DNA of 64,000 nt from the NCBI GenBank assembly GCA_010093605.1, contig MU004190.1, forward strand, positions 1,571,599-1,635,598. Reading direction: 5' to 3'. The stretch is from Lophium mytilinum (taxonomy: Eukaryota). Under the pieces are notes generated by a model. The model was not told the DNA's origin. It worked only from the letters and a program-made list of their open reading frames with translations, and made no database searches. The position numbers and the translations under genes were made by a program. Shown piece by piece: positions 48,216 through 59,899 of the stretch; the stretch's first letter is position 1; each line of letters starts with the position of its first letter.

Positions 48216-49179
48216 ATGCTCGCGCTCTCAACACCACCAATCATGGCCCCGACCACGAGATCCAACTCCCTGTCTGGAAGCTGTACCCTCAAGCGCAAAC
48301 GGAGCACATCTCTCCCTCTCACCCCCCCTCTATCGCTGGACGACTCTGGTAGCGACAACGACAGTACCCGCTCGCTCGCGCGTGCTGTCAATGTTCTCTC
48401 CACCGCCGCAACCGCTCTATCCCATGCTACGCGCCTCTACCAGACCCTTCCCTCCGCGCGCGACGGCCTCCTGCGCGCCGTCGACTGTATTACACACGTA
48501 CATGCTGCAGGTGGACGGCTCATCGTTTGTGGAGTGGGCAAGAGCGGGCTAGTGGGGCGCAAGACGGTTGCGACCATGAAGAGTCTAGGGCTTGGCGCGA
48601 GCTTCTTGCATGCGGGGGAGGCGATGCACGGGGATTTGGGAGATGTGAGGGAGGTATGTATAACTCCAATCTCTACTTTGAGAACTTCGCTAATGAAGCT
48701 AGAATGATGCCCTTCTTTTCATAACCTTCTCCGGCCGGACCCCCGAGCTACTCTCGCTCCTCCCGCATCTACCAAAAAATATACCCCTGCTCGCCCTCAC
48801 CGCGCATACTTCGATTGAAGACTGCCCACTGCTGGCGTCCCGCCCGGATGCCATCCTCCTCCCTGCGCCGATTCACGAGCCTGAGGAAGTCTCGTTCGGC
48901 GTTTGCGCGCCGACCACATCCACAACTGTCGCGATTGCGATTGGCGACATGCTAGCCATCACAGCTGCAGACGCAGTACACAGAGAGCGAGCGCGGGACG
49001 TCTTCCGGCGAAATCACCCAGGCGGTGCCATTGGCGCAAAGGTTGAAGAAGTCGTAGCGGTAAAGGAGGTCGAGATAGTAGTCGAGTCCGAATCAGACGA
49101 CGACGTGCAGTTCCGGAAACGGCAGCGCGAGATCTCAAATGGAACGATCGTCGAGACCGGGGAGCATTTGTGCAGGTGA
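48216..49179 (+). CDS. SIS-domain sugar-phosphate isomerase (KpsF/GutQ-like); intron ~48654-48702
   Basis: GVGKSGLVGRK, FLHAGEAMHGDLG, TFSGRTPEL, APTTSTTVAIAIGDMLA, FRRNHPGGAIG. Confidence 0.9.
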
Positions 49180-49364
49180 CACTGCGGATCATGTTGGTCG
49201 ATGATACATCTCGACTCGATATGATCACAATAGCGCTTGATTGATTTTTCGCGATAGTAGGTAGATATAGGAGTGTTTGAAGGGCACGATGCTCTTTACC
49301 ATTTTCATGGGATTGAATATTATTCGGCTGCCTATCTCCGCTCTGGGCTGCATTTCTGTGCCTT

Positions 49365-49410
49365 TCATCATCATCGTCATCATCATCATCATTATCATTA
49401 TCATTATCAT
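49365..49410. repeat. (CAT)n/(CATTAT)n microsatellite
   Basis: Directly visible. Confidence 0.85.
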
Positions 49411-49813
49411 CAACCGGATAATCTTATTACCCTTCCGAACCCGACTTGTTGCCTACCTTGGGATAAGGAAGCCGAATGAAGTCCGCTGGCTCTCTCTTAG
49501 CACTGCCTGAGGTGGCTCCATGGGCGTATCGAATCCTGGACATGATTTCTTGACACCCTTACTACCTGCTAGCTGGGGTACTCCAAACAGTGCTATCGAG
49601 TGAGCAAGATGGAACCTAAGCAGTGGTGATCCCATGTGCCCAAATTTGTGAATAGAAGAGAAATACAAAGCGCCCGCGTATGGAGATATTATTCTCTGAG
49701 CTGGCGAGGTATTTTGTTCGGGTTGGTGTTTGTCGGACCTGAAGACTACATCACCACACTACCAACCTCCCCCAGTCAAGCGCAAGCACTACTACTTCCA
49801 CAAGTCTTCCACA

Positions 49814-50508
49814 ATGTCTCACCTTATAGATGACACTTTCTTGCCAAAAATCGGCATGTCTTTGGGTCAATGGATACAATTAGGCGGCCTCGACACACCT
49901 CGCGAAGAACAGGGTGAAGGGCCCCAACGTTTCTCGTTCAGGCGCGCTCGGTCGACCGGCAACAAAGACAACAACTCCGGTTCGATGACTGCGGTGTCGA
50001 GGAACGATCGCGTCCTGCCTCAGGTCACCCACCTGGGTGGAGGTCTCCTGCGTTTCCAGCTCCCGCGCCCTGAACCGACCGGCAACGATGGCAAGGGGCT
50101 CGAAGGTGGTGAAGGAGAAGGCGGACTAGGCTCTGCATCAAGCCTAACAATCAGTAAGACAATTCATTGTGCTTATGTCATGGAATACACACCGCTAACA
50201 CACGCACTCTCCCAGACCCCCCAGACTCGACGTCCCACGACACCATAGACTTGACCGGCCTCAGCGACGACACCGAGAGCGAGGGAGATCACGACGATAA
50301 CGACAAGCATCTCGATCTGGCCAGTGCCTTGCGCAAGCTCCGCGAGCAGAGTGCGCAGATCAAACAACTCAAGAAATCTGTGGAGGTTGACCGGAAGATG
50401 GGCGAGGATAACGGGAAGAAGGCGGATAGGCTGCTGGGTTCTCTCGAGGAGCTTCGCAAAGAGGTCCAGGAGTGGAAGGACCGGATGACAGGAGGTCGGA
50501 CTCAGTAG
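49814..50508 (+). CDS. Orphan two-exon protein with a C-terminal coiled coil (intron ~50154-50215)
   Basis: gtaaga...ctaac...cccag joins the two ORFs in frame; ALRKLREQSAQIKQLKKS...LEELRKEVQEWK. Confidence 0.65.
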
Positions 50509-50839
50509 AGGGGCAGAAGGTGGCGGCAGTGTATGCTGACTCCGTCTAGGGTGGCTCAAATAGGTATCAGGCGTGTCAGGGCTGTCTTTTCTGGACTCAC
50601 AATTACCTACCAGGGGACCTCAAGCGGTACCAGGCGAGTGTACAGAACCTTAAATCATGATCATAGATGAATGAACTGCCACTCTTAGTTCAATAGACTC
50701 TGCTAGGTCAGCTTTAGAGACTTGAGAGAGATCGAAAGGTGTTGAAAATTTACCCGCAAAACTATACTGTGCGTGAGGTGCAGATCAAATAGATGATCTC
50801 TTTGATGGCTAGACGCCATCTCTACGGGGGGTTAAGATA

Positions 50840-51060
50840 CTGGTCTGGGCGTACCGACTTACTACCTTTCCGCCCTAAGTTTGCTCAATTGATACCACTG
50901 TGAGGAGTAACCCGGCTAGCTCGTAGATAATGATTCAAGTAGTAGTCCGACTTGCACTGCTTGGACCTTGACATCCCACCCAAATGAGTAAAAGCTTGCG
51001 GGGTACCCTAAGCAGTGGTTTTCTAAACGGGTGTGTACAGCCTTCTAGCTTGTCAGTTTA
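50840..51060. mobile_element. Decayed MITE copy
   Basis: gtctgggcgtac, ttgctcaattgataccactgtgaggagtaacc, gggtaccctaagcagtgg. Confidence 0.6.
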
Positions 51061-52209
51061 CTTTGGTTGCTTGCTTGATCGCGATAGCTGAAAAACTTTT
51101 GTCACACATAGTTGTAGAAGCTGCAGAGAGAAGGGGTTATAATGCGGAGGCAGGGAGGTCATGGTTGGCTCGCTACCCCCGGGGACCCATGGGGCGCCTT
51201 GCTATTCCAAGTCTGGGCCAAAACCCTATCTTCACGTCCCAGCATCACCCATCGCCTGCGTTCAACAACGACGGCGTGTCCAAGCAAGGAGAGTCAAAAC
51301 TGATGATATTGTACACTGTGGTCCTAATCTGACATCTTTGTCTTAGAAAGTGGCCGGAGTCGAGGTTACTTCAGGGTATTCGAGAGCCGCAACATGAAGA
51401 AAAACAGCTTCAGCTACTCCTGCCTGCGCTGTGGTAATGACTTCACGTTAGGCTATCCAGAGGTCCAAGTCATACTACTCAGCTTCTTCGACCTATAGTT
51501 GAGAATTATGACACCTCCAGCCGCTCCCGCCAGTGCTGAGATAATTGAGTTACGGTCGGTCGATGGCAAAGTCACGGTCTTCGGACTTTTGTATCTGTAA
51601 TTGAAAAGAAGAACGGCTTAGACCGCTCCTCCCAGCGTTCTGGTGATGATTACATGGTATGCTGATGTGCAAATCAACAAAGTACTCCATCTTCGCGGTC
51701 AATATGTCTAATCATCAATCCCCACCTCGCTTCGCAGCACTGGGAGGAGTACCCTAGCTAGGATTTGTCTATTAAGTCGAAAGATGGCTCGTTTTCCATT
51801 GCTTGGGGTTTTTCATCGTACCTGGAGTTTCCAAAAGCCTATGCTCAGGCTGCTCTTTGCAGTCTGGATGCCGCTGTTAGGAGTGCGCCAGCTCGAGAAT
51901 TATAGCCACATTATGCATCAAATCTTAAAGCATTAGATCTCAAAGAAAACATACGTGAAGGGCTTGGTCGCGATAAGAGCATTCAAGGTCCTAAATGCCG
52001 CTTGCTGAGGCAGCCATGCGAGCTGTTTATCATCCGGGGAATCGCCGCATGAGCTTGACAGATGAAGGTTGTATTACTATTTGGCTGTGGGCACACATGA
52101 CGTGATGTGCGCATCTCTGATCGGGCGGGCTCGGCACGTGCGTTAAGTAAAGCGCAGGTGCGCAACCGTTTTTTGAGGTACATATTTTGAAATATTCTAG
52201 AGGTATATC

Positions 52210-52416
52210 AAAAGTTGCGAACCGTGTTCTGTGCCGGGCGATGACATAGCACACTCAAGCAGTGTGTTAAAGCTCACGCTACTCCAAACCGCACATCCAA
52301 GGGCATTGCAGTACCGGGCGCTGACACAGCACACTCAATCATAGCTTGCCACGGCTCAGTGTGTTGAAGCTCACGCTACTCCAAACCGTACAACGCTTAA
52401 GGCGACCAACTTTTTT
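52210..52416 (+). ncRNA. Candidate Pol III structured ncRNA, copy B (hairpins 52231-52294 and 52311-52391)
   Basis: Same motif twice; terminal stem aaaagttg/caactttt; T6 at 52411-52416; tacatatt at 52179. Confidence 0.75.
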
Positions 52417-52445
52417 GCACCTTGGAGACCCTCTTTGGAGACCCT

Positions 52446-52456
52446 GGTTCGAATCG
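52446..52456 (+). promoter_or_regulatory. Pol III B-box downstream of ncRNA copy B
   Basis: GGTTCGAATCG about 30 nt after the T-run. Confidence 0.7.
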
Positions 52457-52722
52457 TAGAGCGGTTGAATCTTTTTGCATTCCCAACTTTTTTCTTATCG
52501 CAATTAGCTCGAAGCTTAGAATGTTCACTTTCATCAAGCTCGCTGATTTGCTGCGGTCTGAGCTTTGATGCATCCAAAAAGACGTTGTACTCGAACTGCA
52601 TCGGCATAAACCCCAACTACCCATCCTCCAGCCATCGAAACAACCTCCCCACCTTACGCCCACCACATACCGCACCCACCTCCGCTCCATCTACGCAATC
52701 GCGCTTTTTGCACTCAAACCAA

Positions 52723-54753
52723 ATGGAGCACTTGATCTCCACCATCAGGAAGATATGGGTACCGCTGCCGGATTCTCTCATACCCATCGACATCTCTCCA
52801 CGCAAAGACTACAATCCCCACCAAATCAATCTTTCCCACTGGCCGCCCATTGATCTGCTACAACGTGTCCAGATCATCGCCCAGGTTATTGGAGAGAAGG
52901 ATTATTTGTATGCGCACGCGCGCATGCGGCGCGCTGTGGATATTCGCATTAGAGAGACCGAAGAAGATGGAGAGAAATACTGCGGCGAGCGCCTGAAATT
53001 GTTTGAGGCACAAGATGCCTCCGCTCTGATCAAGGAGCTCCGACTTGAAAAGCAAGGCCGCTCGAAAGCGCCATGTAGAGCTGCGGTGCTGGCGGAGTAT
53101 GGAGGCGCCGCCGACCCTTCGATGGATCCAAAGCCTCCGAAACCTATCACTGAAGGGCCTCCGGCTGCTGGAGAGTATTCGGGTAAGCAGCAAGCAACGG
53201 GGAACTGCGAACGCGATGACATCAATCAGCACTTCTCTAACTCAGCCAATCATCCACCATTTCGGAATCCTACTCCAGAGCCATCGGCAGCGCAGATTCA
53301 GGTCCAGTCAGAGATTGATGTCGATTCAGAAGGTCTTCGCGAGACGACGGACAGTTCTACGCGCATCGGGCTTCACACATCACCACACTTGCATGCGGCT
53401 CAATATTTGGCGCCCACGCAACCTGTACTTGCGACACATGTACAAAAGCGGAAGTGGGACGGAGGGGGCCCACCGCCAGAAAGCACTCGAAACATTAGGC
53501 GGATCCCCCAATCTTGGCTGTCGTCGATGCAAACAAGCGAAGAAGACCTGCCGGGACTATATAGGAAACATGACAACGTCGACCCCTTTGCGCCTGAAAA
53601 TGGGCAGGACCACCGCGCAAAGATCCCCAGCATAGAAAGCAGCATTGTCGGCCAGAAGCCTGCCGCACCAGATACCACAGCGAGCCAACCTACTAGCCCT
53701 TTCGTAGCCCCACCAATGCATTACTCAAGTAACATGAGCTCTGCGCTGCCTCAAAGCTCTCCCCTGACAGAAGTAGTCAGTCTTGAAATGTCTGCACCCC
53801 CATCAAGACCTCCACATGCTTCCAGGCGTCGCAAGAAGTCTCCACCACGTCGACCTACGCAAGAAGAACTCGCAAGTGATGAAGCCGATGACGATCCTTT
53901 TGACGGAATTATCCCAGGAAGACAACCTGCCCTTCCCAACAGAAGCGATAACCTGACCGCGCAAGTTGTTGCCCTCAAGCTCGAAAATGAACGTTTGAAA
54001 GCAGGCCAAGCCAGTCTACACGAGTCGCTTGCAATTTTAGTCAGAGACCTACATCAACGGCAAAGTGAAGTCAACGCGCTGAAGGCTAGAAAGGCCAGTG
54101 CACCGCAGCTTCCCAAGTCCTTGAAGGCGTCTGAGGACAGGGTCAAGGAGCTTGAGAAGGAGATTCGAGATCTCCAGTCGCGCCCTCTCACCATCAATGA
54201 GTTCTTTGTGCAGACGCTGGAGGAGCTACGGGAGCGGATGCTTTTGTCTTTCTCTGACGAAGAGGGAACTGTCGATAACGAGGATATCAAGAAACTGAAG
54301 GGCGCTATCCATGCTACTAGCAAAGGCCTCTCAGACGATGAAGTCTTGCGTGAACACCTCGGTCGTGACGAAGAGATTAGAGAGAAGGCCGACCAGAAAT
54401 TGGAGACGGCGGAGACGACCCTTCAGGACTACCTTGAAGCTCTCGATTCGGATGTTCACGCTGAGCTCATGACATTGATTGGCGATGTCGCAAATGCACG
54501 GGAATCAGCTGTCGCTGCCGAACGCGATGAGGAGCGATCACAGCAACGCTTGTCCAGACATAACATGATGAGGATACGCGCGGAGCAGTACAAATATTTG
54601 GCAGAGGAGAAACATGGGGGGCTTCATATCGATCCCCTCATGAGGGACTTGCTTGTTCCCGCAGTGAGGTTTAAGCAAGCGGTTGAGCCTTCAACCGGCG
54701 GCGAAACTGGGATAACAACTAGATCTGGTCGCAGCATAGGTGGAAATGGATAA
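52723..54753 (+). CDS. Orphan ~676-aa protein with a disordered centre and coiled-coil C-terminus
   Basis: Long intronless ORF with first ATG at 52723; the ORF track's TTG start at 52435 overlaps the B-box region and is unlikely. Confidence 0.7.
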   Translation: MEHLISTIRKIWVPLPDSLIPIDISPRKDYNPHQINLSHWPPIDLLQRVQIIAQVIGEKDYLYAHARMRRAVDIRIRETEEDGEKYCGERLKLFEAQDASALIKELRLEKQGRSKAPCRAAVLAEYGGAADPSMDPKPPKPITEGPPAAGEYSGKQQATGNCERDDINQHFSNSANHPPFRNPTPEPSAAQIQVQSEIDVDSEGLRETTDSSTRIGLHTSPHLHAAQYLAPTQPVLATHVQKRKWDGGGPPPESTRNIRRIPQSWLSSMQTSEEDLPGLYRKHDNVDPFAPENGQDHRAKIPSIESSIVGQKPAAPDTTASQPTSPFVAPPMHYSSNMSSALPQSSPLTEVVSLEMSAPPSRPPHASRRRKKSPPRRPTQEELASDEADDDPFDGIIPGRQPALPNRSDNLTAQVVALKLENERLKAGQASLHESLAILVRDLHQRQSEVNALKARKASAPQLPKSLKASEDRVKELEKEIRDLQSRPLTINEFFVQTLEELRERMLLSFSDEEGTVDNEDIKKLKGAIHATSKGLSDDEVLREHLGRDEEIREKADQKLETAETTLQDYLEALDSDVHAELMTLIGDVANARESAVAAERDEERSQQRLSRHNMMRIRAEQYKYLAEEKHGGLHIDPLMRDLLVPAVRFKQAVEPSTGGETGITTRSGRSIGGNG

Positions 54754-54809
54754 ATCTTGCAGGGTGTGTATCTTCTCGTGCGGAAAACACCGCGTATGAT
54801 GGCTGTGTA

Positions 54810-57475
54810 GGTATATATGTATTGTCAGTCCCCAGTGTCTGAAGTGACGTAGCAGGGTATCAAGTTTGTCAAAATGATAGTCGTGTGCTTTATATGAATG
54901 GTTTAAAGCCCTTCAAACGGCGTCCAGACAGTAGCAGTTTACTTCGCTTCTGTCACGAATCAGTTCTATGTTGTGAGATAGCTATGTAAGTGTACATACT
55001 AAGCCGCGCTTTTACTATGTAACCCTGTACTCTGTACTTCAAAAGGAGCTTTAGCTCTTGATCTCTCATTTTGGAGAGAAGAAATCAGTTTGGAGGTCCT
55101 GTAGACGAGACGAAACTCATACACAACTCAACGTAAAAGTAGAGTTGCTAATGAGGCAGTGAGATAGATTGTACAGGATGGTTAGCTATGAACCAGAAAG
55201 CCATACTATGTAAGACCCACAGACACTTCAATCTATATATTGAAGTGTATGTGACGCACGATCCATAATTTTCACTTCTGCGCCAAGATCTCCGCCATTC
55301 TTGCAATGTTTTCGGCCATCGTGATCATTTCCCGTTCCGAGCAGGCCACCCTTGTCTCCAGATGTCCGACTTTTCCATTGGCCTGCGCAAGCCCTCCTTG
55401 GAGACTGTGAATGGTTCCATACGCTTCGCTTAATCTCTCCGCCGTCGCCTTCCCCTTGCGCTGCTCGGCAGCCTTTGAACTCTGAATACGCTTTATCTGA
55501 GTCCTCTGATAGCGTAAGTTGATCCACACGGCTTTAGCCTCGTGATCGTTTCTCACTAGATCAACTTACATTAGTATTTCGTATCACTAGTTTCAGCGTT
55601 GAACGCAGTTTGTACTGCCTCAATGCCTAAGGCCTCACTACGCGAGACGGAATAGAACGTCAGCTATGGAACTTACCGCGCGGAGAGATCCACGTGTGCC
55701 TCATCTGAATGGTTTGAGGTCCTTCAAACGGCGTCTGGACAGTAGCAGCATACTTCCCTTATATTATGAATGAGTTGTACTATGCGTTCTCTACGTAGCA
55801 CCTGTCCAAGAGCTATGTGCAACAGCTCTATAATCGCGATTGTTTGGGGAATCAATACAACTATGAAGGATCCAGGTTTTGACACTATTCCTGGCGCTTT
55901 ACAAAACTGAGACTTCCTTTTGGAAACATTAGGCTATCGTTTTTTGGGAACAGAAACACCGTATGAGGTGGCTTTGTAAGTATACTAGTTATCTCCGGTG
56001 TCACTCTCTATGCCTAATCTTTATTCTGCCTTCTCCCGCAGCAGCCTAACCTCTTCCTGGAGGGCTTGATTCTCCGCCTCTAATGCCGCAATTTTCAACT
56101 CCATTTTACTATACGCCTCACTATGCGCCTCATCCTTATCCTTGATCGTCTCACGTAGTCCGAGTATTTCCTCCTCCATCTCAGTCATTTCAACTACAAA
56201 CATCAAATATTAGCATTCGTACATCTAATTTCACATCCTAAGATGCCAGCTGCAAGACCTAGAGACTCCCTAAGATGTCAGAGTGTGCCCCAACATCGGA
56301 AATATTCGAGGTACACATCTTAATCTAGGAATTTTAGAGTCTAGAGCTAGGCAGGTTGGATTTGAAAGATAGGATAATAAGAAAACATACCAGAAAGAGA
56401 CTCCACGGTCGGCTCCGTCACCAGATCCTCCGGCATAACTAATCGCTCATCTTCACTGTCCGAGCGCTCACTACAGGCTACGAAAATCTATTAGTACGTT
56501 ACTTTGCTCCAAAAACGATATACTACCAAAAAAACCTTGATACAATAGTATCTAGACTCTCTTAAGTATGATTACAAGAACACTTACTAACGAAGAGGGA
56601 GGGTGACGCCTCCCGGTCTTTTTCCGGCTCCTCCTCCTCCGGCTCCTCCTCCTCCGGCTCCTCCTCCGGCTCCTCCTTCTTCTTCCCAGCCTTTGGGCGG
56701 GCGCGAGGGCGCAGCGCGGAGGTGCCAAGGGCAGCCTTGGGCTTTGGGAGGCGGCGGGGGCGGGGAGTTCGGCTTCCTCTTCCTCCTCCTCCTCCTCCTC
56801 CTCGTTTGGCCTATATGATAGTTAGCATTGCTCTCGACACTGGGGTAAAAACGTGAAATATCTTGATAGAGGAAGCAAAACATTGACCGAAAATATGGGC
56901 AATGTCGTAAAGCTTATGAAGGAATAAGAAGGATAACGTACAAATGTCACCATGTTTATGACTATTAAGAGGCTCGTCTTGCAGTCGCTGTGTGAGGCTA
57001 ATGCTACCTGGAGAAAAGAAAAAGGGAATTACTGGAACCTTTATACGGCACCCCAAAGCACTAATCTTCACTTCAATCACTATAGCACTAACCTTCACTT
57101 TAGTAGTATTGTGTCTAAGCTGCCGAAAGTGGAGGGAAATCGATGTTCATGATGCGGGCGGGATCCAAGGTGAAGATGGAAAGGTGAAGGTGAAAAGATA
57201 CCGGTGCTCGGCTTGTGACATGAAGTCGCGCAAAAGTTCCCTACCACCGCTATAATGATTCAATTGGCCAGTATATGCTAGGGAAGCGGCTTGTTTATTA
57301 AGATATGTGTATATTCGATCACCAGTGCCTGAAGTGGGGTGGCGCGGTATGAAGCTGTCAAAATGATAGTCGTGTGCCTGACGTGAATGGATGGTTTATT
57401 GCCCTTCAAACAACGTCGAGCTAGTGGCAGTAAACTGCACTCCTGTCGCGAATGACTTATACATAACATGTACGT
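54810..57475 (+). repeat. Three dispersed direct repeats (~54810-54985, ~55690-55790, ~57300-57475)
   Basis: Shared core cgtgtgc...tgaatgg...ccttcaaac..cgtc...agt.gcag...act; copies 1 and 3 also share ccagtg.ctgaagtg...tgtcaaaatgatagtcg. Confidence 0.8.
56021..56953 (-). CDS. Small orphan four-exon protein; paralog of 33310-34236
   Basis: MVTF|AKRGGGGGGRGSRTPRPRRLPKPKAA...|TCSERSDSEDE...|VEMTEMEEE...KIAALEAENQALQEEVRLLREKAE; intron phases 0,1,1. Confidence 0.7.
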
Positions 57476-58606
57476 TTGGGGGCTGGCTAGTGTGAACTGA
57501 ACTCTAGGTCAGGGATCTTGAAGTCAAGATAGCAACCTAGGACGTAGGAAAAAATCAATACCGTAATGTAAAGATCTAGACCTTGTGATTTAGACTTTTA
57601 TTCATGCAACAGACTTGTCTGAGACCGGATCATGCGAGCTATTGCTCTGGGGGTATATACAGCATATTGAAAGGCTTCAGGACGTTTCAGGTTTTTCAAA
57701 TCGCAATGTAAAGATCCAGACGTCGCTAACTAGGTTTGTGTTCATTCACTATGCACCTATCAAATTGCGCGATGTGAGCTATCGCACTGAGGGTGTGTAA
57801 AGCACATGGAAGGGCTTTGGGACCTTCCCAAGAAATCACAGATGAATATCATTTCTCGAAGCCTGTGAGTTAGAAGCCGGAGTATAGGACAATTTAACCT
57901 AAATCTCGGACTTCCGAACTCCTTTCCAAGTCCTTGCCATACCTCGCACCGGTAAATATCAACCCACTTTTCCATCTCTAACGAGTTGTCTATACCCCCC
58001 GCACGAAAGTCTAATTACAGTGTTTAAACATTTACATCGCGTCCCTAGACCTAGATTCTTATAATATTGTGAAGCCCGCCAAGGTTTCATCCAAGCCCTC
58101 AGCGCCGCAACTCATACGACGCAACATCTGGCCTGCTCCGAGTTTGACACATGATACACATCCAGCTTTGTAACACCATCTCAAGAGCTACGCATACTAG
58201 CTATATTGTTGCACCTGATTAGAGAATCGATATCAGTAAGCACGCGCTCATTCTTTAATGCTAACCCAGGTGTTCTACATACGAGAGTTCGTCTGGACTT
58301 ATTTGAGGCTTTCGTTGAAAGCCTCTGGAAGACTCAGCCCTCACACTGACAGAGATGCCACTGGAGACAATGTCTACCATCGGCACACCATAATTCCACC
58401 ACTCGGATACCAGCTTTGCTCGCTCGCTACGATCGTAAAGGGTGCCCTAGCTAGGATGTCTTTAGTCAACCAAACCGTAGCCCTATTACCGTCGCGTTGG
58501 ATTTTACATCGTTTTTGAGGTTACCAACCCTACCATGCCACCCCAAGCAGGCGCACGATGTGCCTAAACTGGTAACATAGCACTTCCTGGAGCACTGACG
58601 GTCTTA

Positions 58607-58855
58607 CAGTGACGGTTGTTCGCCACTGCTTAGGGTTCCCCCTCAGGATTGCGGAGATCCAAAGGCGAAGTCGAGGTTCAAGTAGTGTAAATTAGACTAT
58701 CTTTTCTCTAATTGGCTGCTCGGCAGGCAGGCTACCCCCAACAGTAGTGAAAATGCGCTGCTTGAAACTCGACATTGGTCTTAGGCTTTTGATATCCTGT
58801 GAGAATATCCCAAGCAATGGTGGACGAGTCTACGCAGCCTTATGACCGCTCACTA
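58607..58855. mobile_element. Rearranged MITE (left arm followed by an inverted left arm)
   Basis: TA|CAGT...gccactgcttagggttcccc...caggctacccccaacagtagtg, then ctgcttgaaact...cccaagcaatgg...cttatgacc in the opposite orientation. Confidence 0.6.
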
Positions 58856-59175
58856 TATACGTTCATCTGCTATTGATGGGTATGAGTGTTTTGGGATCCG
58901 ATTATGATCATATTGACCAGCTAGGAAACGAGCTGCGCATCTCAATACTCACGCAAGCAGCTCCCAATGAAGAGTAGGAGTGTACGAATGAGAATTTGTC
59001 ATTTCATTCTACATTGTCCTGTATTCCAGATGCACAATCCCTTGAGGCTTCCGAGCTGTGCGATTCCTTAGCGCCCCCTGATGTCCCCTAACACGCTAGA
59101 AGAAGTTGTGAAGCTACCGATTGGAAAAGGCGGGCAACTCTTAGGGGGGCGACCCTAGATGGTATGGAGCTACCA

Positions 59176-59899
59176 CTAAGTTTTGGAAGGGACGGATGCA
59201 CCGGCAGTGCTACCGGCGAGCCGAATGGGAAGGGTGAAGGTGTGCGCATAGCGTGCCATCTTCTCGTTAGGGCTGTCGGGCTCTGGCGTTGTTTCCGGCT
59301 GTGCTCCGCGCTCCTCCAAACCGGATTCAGTCAGGACAGAAGAGATTTCCCTCTCGCCTCTCTCCTGCTCTTCCGTTTTGAGACCCAGCTTGCCACTGTC
59401 ATCTCTCTCCACCCACTGGGGACCGCTGTCCTGTGTCCTCCCCTTCTGCTTGCCGTTGTGACCCCTCTTGACCTCGTGGATAGACTCGCGCCAAAACATT
59501 GTGCCAGACGCGAGATCAATCTCCTTTTGCCTTGTCTTCATGCTGTCTCGAAGACTCGCTGCACCGAGCTTGATAGCCTCGAGTCTTCGCTTCAACATGG
59601 CCCAACGCACGCCGTCTTGATTTTCCGCTTTCGTGAGCTCCCAACTGGTGAGGGCGATCAGATGTTCGACTTTGTTGAGTTGTTTCTTGTTGGTGTCCTG
59701 TCTTTTCTGGAGCGTTTTGATGTGTGTTCGGGCTCTGGCAGCCAACTGGGGGTATTCCCAAGTTAGCTTAGGGTATTTCCGAACCGGCTGGGAGTACGGC
59801 TGGGAGTACGGCTGGTAGATGGTGAGCTGGCATTGTGGATCATCGCAATCTAGCGAACTGCAGGAAGGCTTAGCAGATATTGCATGAACTCACCTTCAT
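59176..59899 (-). CDS. Orphan helical/coiled-coil protein; 5' exon structure uncertain
   Basis: 189-aa terminal ORF preceded by a gctaac...cccccag acceptor; candidate ATG AAG|gtgagt at 59899. Confidence 0.45.

Noticed and set aside
49225..49510. Poly-His, poly-Ile and poly-Met ORFs
   Set aside because: Artefacts of the CAT/TAT microsatellite.
55228..55680. Possible small minus-strand spliced gene between direct repeats 1 and 2
   Set aside because: Splice-like signals exist, but I could not assemble a consistent reading frame.
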